NCBI GenBank assembly: GCA_964291405.2
Contig: OZ219926.1
Span: 3,904,001 to 3,968,000, forward strand
Length of the DNA stretch: 64,000 bases
Source of the DNA: Thermodesulfobacteriota bacterium
Lineage (GTDB): Bacteria > Desulfobacterota > Binatia > Bin18
Reading direction: 5' to 3'
Position 1 is the first letter of the stretch, and each line of letters starts with the position of its first letter. This document shows, in pieces, positions 59,001 through 64,000 of this stretch. Both the position numbers and the translations under genes were made by a program. The notes under the pieces were generated by a model. The model worked only from the letters and a program-made list of their open reading frames with translations. It was not told where the DNA came from and did no database searches.

Positions 59001-60512
59001 TTATCCCTTGAGAGAGTTGAGAAAATTCCGCACCAGGGCCTCACATTCGCCGCGTTTATGCGTGCCGTAATACAGAATCCGATTGTTAATAGGGTCACCG
59101 GCAAAAAACCACTCGTACAATAATTGCCGGCCGCCAAACTGGGTGCTGATGGCATCCCAGGCCAGCTTCATGATACGCACCCGCTCCTCGGCCGGGGTGT
59201 CACGGCCACGCAGATAACGCGGCAGGAGCTCTTGCAGGGCAGGGTTGGCGAAATCCTGCTCGGTCGGGGTCATGACCAGGCCGCTGCTGCCCGCAAGGCG
59301 GATGACCTCAACCGCCCTTGTGTGGACGAAGGGAAAAAAGATGCGCAGCGTGGTGATGCCCAACATGCCCTTGTCCGGCGCTCCAAAGAGGGTGGCCAGA
59401 CCCGGCACGAAGCTCTTTGCCGTGGCGACCGCTTCCGACGTCGAATCCGTCTCGCCTTCGCCGGCCTGGGCGTTCGTCCAGACTTCGTGCGCCGTGGCCG
59501 TCACCAGGCCGTCAGCCAGCTCGACGAACGAGACGAGTTCACCTATGAGTTCCTGATAGCGCACGATCTCCGAGCGCCCGATGCTGTGGGCGACCAGACA
59601 GGCCAGGCCGGTCATAAAGCGCAGTTTGACCACACCACGAATGACAGCCTGCAAGGCAAAATAGCCCGGCATGCGGGGTGCGATGAGATTGTAGGTTTCC
59701 ACGTCCCGAGCGGCAAAAACTCGTTCCCACGGGACGAGCACATTGTCAAAAACAGCAATGGCGTCGCCTTCGTCGAACCGACTGCTCAATGGTCTGTTAA
59801 AGTCTCCGGCCCCGGCATCATAGGGCTCCCGGCAGATAAACTTGAGCCCTGGGGTCGCCACCGGGATGGAAAAACTGACGGCATACGCTTCTTGTCCCGG
59901 CTTGCGCGGCATATATGGCGCAACCCAGATATCGTCGCTGATCGGGGCGAGGGTGGACAGCATGCGGGCGCCGTTGACGATCAGGCCGGCATCGGTCTCC
60001 TTGACGATGCGGATGCTTTCCTGGTCCTCGACGCCTTTGGTCTTGTCAATCTGTGGATCGACCAGGGTATGGGTCAGGCAGAGGTCTTTTTCGCGGCACA
60101 ACTCATAATACGCCCAGGCATTGTCTCCAAAGCGTGGCTCGTTGCGTCCCAGCCAGGCAGTGATGGCCGCCATATCGGCGACAAAGGCATTCATATAGTC
60201 GGGCAAGCGACCCATCATGCCGCAGGTCAACTCGCACCGGGTCGTCTCACCAAAGCGCCGTTTTTCAATGTCCGCCCAGCTTTCGGCCAATACAAACGAG
60301 GTGCTGACCGGCTCATTCGAGGTTGGAGAGGGATAGGTCAAAATGTCTTTATAGGTTTCTTCATGTTGGCGGTCGTATAGTTTGGCCATCTCCCGGATGA
60401 CACCCTGAAAGGCGGGGTAGGTGGTCACGTCACGAACAAGCTCTCCGTTGACGTACAACTCGCGGCCGTCTCGGAGTCCGTCAATATATTCCTGGCCGGT
60501 ACGTGCGCCCAT
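59001..60512 (-). CDS. 4-hydroxyphenylacetate 3-hydroxylase family flavin monooxygenase (HpaB-like)
   Basis: RTGQEYI..L.DGR, MGR.PDY, PQID, GARML.T, RFDE.DA..VFD.V.VPWERVF, F..RQ.LYE. Confidence 0.9.
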   Translation of the reverse strand: MGARTGQEYIDGLRDGRELYVNGELVRDVTTYPAFQGVIREMAKLYDRQHEETYKDILTYPSPTSNEPVSTSFVLAESWADIEKRRFGETTRCELTCGMMGRLPDYMNAFVADMAAITAWLGRNEPRFGDNAWAYYELCREKDLCLTHTLVDPQIDKTKGVEDQESIRIVKETDAGLIVNGARMLSTLAPISDDIWVAPYMPRKPGQEAYAVSFSIPVATPGLKFICREPYDAGAGDFNRPLSSRFDEGDAIAVFDNVLVPWERVFAARDVETYNLIAPRMPGYFALQAVIRGVVKLRFMTGLACLVAHSIGRSEIVRYQELIGELVSFVELADGLVTATAHEVWTNAQAGEGETDSTSEAVATAKSFVPGLATLFGAPDKGMLGITTLRIFFPFVHTRAVEVIRLAGSSGLVMTPTEQDFANPALQELLPRYLRGRDTPAEERVRIMKLAWDAISTQFGGRQLLYEWFFAGDPINNRILYYGTHKRGECEALVRNFLNSLKG

Positions 60513-60533
60513 GGGTGCTCCTCTCTCGGCGGA

Positions 60534-61343
60534 TTACATCATGAGCATCAGGCCGCCGTCCACATAAATCAATTGACCGGTGATGTAATGCGCCGCTCGA
60601 CTGGTGAGCAGCAGCACTGCCTGGCCAATATCAACCGGCTGAGCCCAGTCCCCGATCGGAATTTTTTCTGCAAACGCTGCGTCTAGCGGTTCTGTTGTAT
60701 CGTGCCCCATTTCTTTGGCCAGATTGCTCCGCACGCGCAAGGAGCCCGGTGTTTTCACCGCTCCCGGCGCAATCGTATTGACCGTGATTTTATGGGGTGC
60801 GTACTCTAGCGCACTCGCCCTGGTAAAGGCGTTCAGGCCGCCTTTGCTGGCGTCGTAATGGGCCATGCCCAGATAGGTCCGGGCGGTGTTGATGGAGGAA
60901 ATGTTAATAATCCGCCCGCCGCACCCGCCGGCTATCATCTGCTCGGCGGCAAAACGGGTGCACAGGAACGGACCGCGCAGGTTCACCTCCAATACTTTAT
61001 CCCACAGCGCGGTTTCCATTTCGGCCAGCCGGGCCATGGGATAGATGGCCGCGTTATTGACCAGAATGTCGACGCGCTGGAACTCGTCCATGACCGCGGT
61101 CACCATATTTTTGACCGAGGTTTCGTCGGACGTATCCGCGCCGATCGCCAGGGCTGTCCGGCCCTGATCGTTGAGGGCTTTGGCCGTGGCGGCCGCGGTT
61201 TCAGCATCGGTATCCGCCAGGGCAATACGGGCTCCGGCAGCGGCCAGGGTCTCCGCGACGCCCCGGCCGATGCCTTTGGCGCCGCCTGTGATGAGGGCCA
61301 CCTGGCCGTCGAGATTGAAGAGTTCAGCGATTGAGGCGTCCAT
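60534..61343 (-). CDS. SDR dehydrogenase
   Basis: TGGAKGIG, NNAA, YDASK, ITGQ..YVDGG. Confidence 0.88.
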   Translation of the reverse strand: MDASIAELFNLDGQVALITGGAKGIGRGVAETLAAAGARIALADTDAETAAATAKALNDQGRTALAIGADTSDETSVKNMVTAVMDEFQRVDILVNNAAIYPMARLAEMETALWDKVLEVNLRGPFLCTRFAAEQMIAGGCGGRIINISSINTARTYLGMAHYDASKGGLNAFTRASALEYAPHKITVNTIAPGAVKTPGSLRVRSNLAKEMGHDTTEPLDAAFAEKIPIGDWAQPVDIGQAVLLLTSRAAHYITGQLIYVDGGLMLMM

Positions 61344-61379
61344 AGCGTGTCCTTGCTGGGAGAAGGGTGAGGGTTTGTA

Positions 61380-61889
61380 TCAGAAAAAGACCGTCATGTT
61401 CTCCAGTATATTATGATCGAGCAGGATAAAGCGTTCTTCATTCTTCCAGGTATTATCAATGCGCCGCCACCAGTCCTCCCGGCAGCCAACAAACAGATGC
61501 TCGGTCCCTTCCCAGCGACTGCGGAAGACCTGAAAATTTGAGCCGACTTTCACTCGGTCCGGCCCGTCGGTCTCAAGGATTTGCACATTGGAGACAAAAT
61601 GCCGGATACGGGAGCGCGGCTCCTCGGCATGGGCCGCCCCGGTTCTCAGGCGTTTGACGCGCAGGGTCAGGCTGGTTTTGTCATCATCAAAATGGGCCAG
61701 GAGATGAGGCTGAGACAGGTCTTCCTGTCCCGACTCCAGATTGCCGCGGACCGGAGCCCAATAGCGAAGCCTGTCGGTAAACAGCTCAAGCCATTCTTCG
61801 AGCTTATCGTTGTCCAGCAACCAGGCCTCGTGATAGAGCAACTCTTCGAATGCGTGACGGAGTCGGGTGCGGTCTGCCGCGTTCATCAT
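61380..61889 (-). CDS. Aromatic ring-hydroxylating dioxygenase beta subunit
   Basis: EA.LLD...EEWL.L, RYWAP, L..R..RL, EEP.SR.RH.VSN, G.RED. Confidence 0.92.
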   Translation of the reverse strand: MMNAADRTRLRHAFEELLYHEAWLLDNDKLEEWLELFTDRLRYWAPVRGNLESGQEDLSQPHLLAHFDDDKTSLTLRVKRLRTGAAHAEEPRSRIRHFVSNVQILETDGPDRVKVGSNFQVFRSRWEGTEHLFVGCREDWWRRIDNTWKNEERFILLDHNILENMTVFF

Positions 61890-63151
61890 GCTCCACCCAT
61901 GAGAGTCTGCCACTGCTCGTACACGCCAAAGATGCTGATTTCCGTTGAGGGGGGGTGGATCAGACCGGGCTTGTCCGGGTCGGTGCGACCATGCCCGGCG
62001 CCCATCTGGTAGTTGAGGGGGAAGTTCCGGCGGTGCAGACCACGCATGGCCTTGACGCTATTGCCCCACATCTCGCCGTCGTCCTGCTCGAAGATGCCGC
62101 TGGGCGAAAAGGTCAGAACCTGCATCTTCCGGGCGATCTCGACAACCTCAGGTGGAGCTTCTTGCTCGATCATGCCCCAGGAATACACCTCCATATTATG
62201 CGGGCCACGTGGATGCCAGACTCGAATGGTCAAGAAACCCAGAAAGGTCAGAATGGAAAAATTCGGAAACACGGTTCCAACATGGACACAGCCGACCAAT
62301 TCGCTCTGGGCCGGTGTCAGGCGTTGTCTGGCCGCGACCTGCATCTGCTCCATATGGTGTGCCAGCGGGGCGGGCACGCCGCCGGCTATGTCAATCTTGA
62401 AATTGATCCAGCCATGCCCGTTCTCCAGCTTGGCTTCAAAATCTCGCACCCAGGGCCGGTCCCCGAGAAATTGCCCGTTTGCCGGGCCGAGGCCGATCTT
62501 AAGCATGCTCTCGTGGGCCGCTCCGGTATGATAGTTGTCGCCATTGAACTGTTCGGCGGCCAGTTTCCAGTTGCCGTCCAGATTCCAGCGGTGCAGTCCG
62601 GGCATGACAACCATGCCGCCTTCAGTCTTGTTGAAGATGAGATCGAGATACCACTTCATATCACCGAGGTAGGCATCCAGGCTCTGGGCGTTCTCGTCGA
62701 AACAGGCAAAGATGAGGCCCCGAAATGATTCCACGCGGGGCACTTCGATCAGCCCCCAGTCCTCTCGGTTGAGTTCCTCGTAATAGGCTTCCTTGAATTG
62801 CGGAACGCCGACAAGCCGGCCCTGGTTGTCATACGTCCAGCCGTGGTAGGGGCAGGTAAACGCTTTGGCGTTGCCGGCGTCCAGGCGGCACATACGCGCG
62901 CCGCGATGGCGGCAGGAGTTCAGAAAGACCCGGATTTTTCCGGTTGCCGTCCGGCAGACCAGGACGGATTCCTCGCCCATATAGTGGGTGACGAAGTCGC
63001 CCGGATTCGGGAGCTGGGATTCATGCGCCAGGTAGAGCCAACAGCGGCCGAAGATTTGCTCCTGTTCGTCCCGGTAGACTTCTTCGTCAACAAAGACCCG
63101 GGGGCTGACCGTGCATTTCTCCAAGTCAACCAAGTGTGACCAGTCTGTCAC
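61886..63151 (-). CDS. Rieske aromatic ring-hydroxylating dioxygenase alpha subunit
   Basis: CRHRG...CPYHGW Rieske site; NWKLAAEQF..DNYH....H; FEQDDGE. Confidence 0.95.
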   Translation of the reverse strand: MTDWSHLVDLEKCTVSPRVFVDEEVYRDEQEQIFGRCWLYLAHESQLPNPGDFVTHYMGEESVLVCRTATGKIRVFLNSCRHRGARMCRLDAGNAKAFTCPYHGWTYDNQGRLVGVPQFKEAYYEELNREDWGLIEVPRVESFRGLIFACFDENAQSLDAYLGDMKWYLDLIFNKTEGGMVVMPGLHRWNLDGNWKLAAEQFNGDNYHTGAAHESMLKIGLGPANGQFLGDRPWVRDFEAKLENGHGWINFKIDIAGGVPAPLAHHMEQMQVAARQRLTPAQSELVGCVHVGTVFPNFSILTFLGFLTIRVWHPRGPHNMEVYSWGMIEQEAPPEVVEIARKMQVLTFSPSGIFEQDDGEMWGNSVKAMRGLHRRNFPLNYQMGAGHGRTDPDKPGLIHPPSTEISIFGVYEQWQTLMGGA

Positions 63152-63204
63152 GCCGCGTGCTCCTTCAATTCCTTCTCCCCGGAGAGGGGGAGGGAAAATC
63201 GTGT

Positions 63205-64000
63205 CTAATGACTCACGTGCTTATGACCCCAAATGCTGCCGGTCCGATGGAGTTGAACCTGCCAGGTCGTGTCATCAACCTCACGCGCGCCCCAGCCGTA
63301 TTCGACGCTAAAGCCGGATGGGGTTTTGAGATAAAAGGACAGCATCAGGTCATTGGTATGACGCCCCAGGGTCATATCAATCGGTACTTCTTTGCTCTGA
63401 CACAGGTCGTAGGTTGACCCCACATCGTCCAGATTTTGGAGTTGCAACATAAAGTGGTGCATGCGTTTGGGCATCTTGCCTTCCCAAAAGGCCATGCTGT
63501 GGTGACGCGGGTTGCAGTGCAGAAAAGCGAGGTTGAGCGTGGAGGCCACGCCGCGCTCGGGCTGGGGACGCACCCAATCGCTCAGGCGAAAGCCCAGCAC
63601 GTCACGGTAGAAGTGCAGGCTTTGCTCCAAACTATCGACCGTCATGGTGATGTGGCCGAGCCCCATATCTCCGGTGGTAAACCCGGAAATCGGCCGGGGA
63701 GATTGAAAGGGTTTGTCAACACCGACTAGGGGCCCGTAGAAGATTTCTGTTGCCAGGCCGTTCGGGTCCTGGAGTTTGAGCAGCCCAACGACCCGCCGGG
63801 CTTCAGCCTCTTCCGGGCTTCCCCATTCCACGGCAATACCATTGGCGCTGAGCTGATCGCCCATCGCTGTGAGCGTTTCCTCGTCCGCCACTTCCCAGCC
63901 GACCAGGGTGAGGTCGTCCGCGTCACCGGGGGAGACAATGAAGCGGTGGTGGTAGTCGTCCATCCGCAACAGCAACGAGCCGTCCGGGTCGCGGGTATGG
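63205..64000 (-). CDS. Type I extradiol dioxygenase (BphC/HsaC-like), partial at right edge
   Basis: LRMD..HHR, GLGH, FLHCNPRHHS, HHFML, GRHTND...SFY..TPSGF.VEYG, WGH. Confidence 0.92.
   Translation of the reverse strand, partial: HTRDPDGSLLLRMDDYHHRFIVSPGDADDLTLVGWEVADEETLTAMGDQLSANGIAVEWGSPEEAEARRVVGLLKLQDPNGLATEIFYGPLVGVDKPFQSPRPISGFTTGDMGLGHITMTVDSLEQSLHFYRDVLGFRLSDWVRPQPERGVASTLNLAFLHCNPRHHSMAFWEGKMPKRMHHFMLQLQNLDDVGSTYDLCQSKEVPIDMTLGRHTNDLMLSFYLKTPSGFSVEYGWGAREVDDTTWQVQLHRTGSIWGHKHVSH

Noticed and set aside
59124-60380. 418-aa plus-strand ORF (also 5401-6507, 20505-21437, 48034-49176)
   Set aside because: Antisense shadows of well-supported genes

Overview
GC-rich bacterial chromosomal segment dominated by catabolic and redox enzymes: F420 reductase, four luciferase-like oxidoreductases, four amidohydrolases, a sulfur-assimilation/thiol-redox neighbourhood (cysK, msrB, sulfite reductase, Rrf2 regulator), tadA-tRNA-Ser(CGA), paired DUF1329-like exported proteins, a Dsz-like oxygenase cluster, a nitrogen-compound cluster with a single-chain triple RidA, and an aromatic ring-hydroxylation/meta-cleavage operon ending in an ornithine cyclodeaminase/mu-crystallin gene. 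Two small decayed accessory patches (about 2.4-4.2 kb and 11.4-15.4 kb) hold toxin-antitoxin modules with broken toxins, a type III Mod::RelE chimera, a candidate HEPN protein, a P63C remnant and a secreted Cys-repeat miniprotein. The strongest hidden signal is a glutathione S-transferase whose likely true start lies upstream of an in-frame TGA at the active-site Cys position, followed by a SECIS-like hairpin, i.e. a probable selenoprotein that the ORF track truncates. A CTAG-bounded MITE and REP-like repeats are also present. No CRISPR array, rRNA, integrase or intact transposase was seen. All family calls are by motif recognition, without database searches. The gene mix resembles Binatia/Tectomicrobia-type bacteria, which is inference only.
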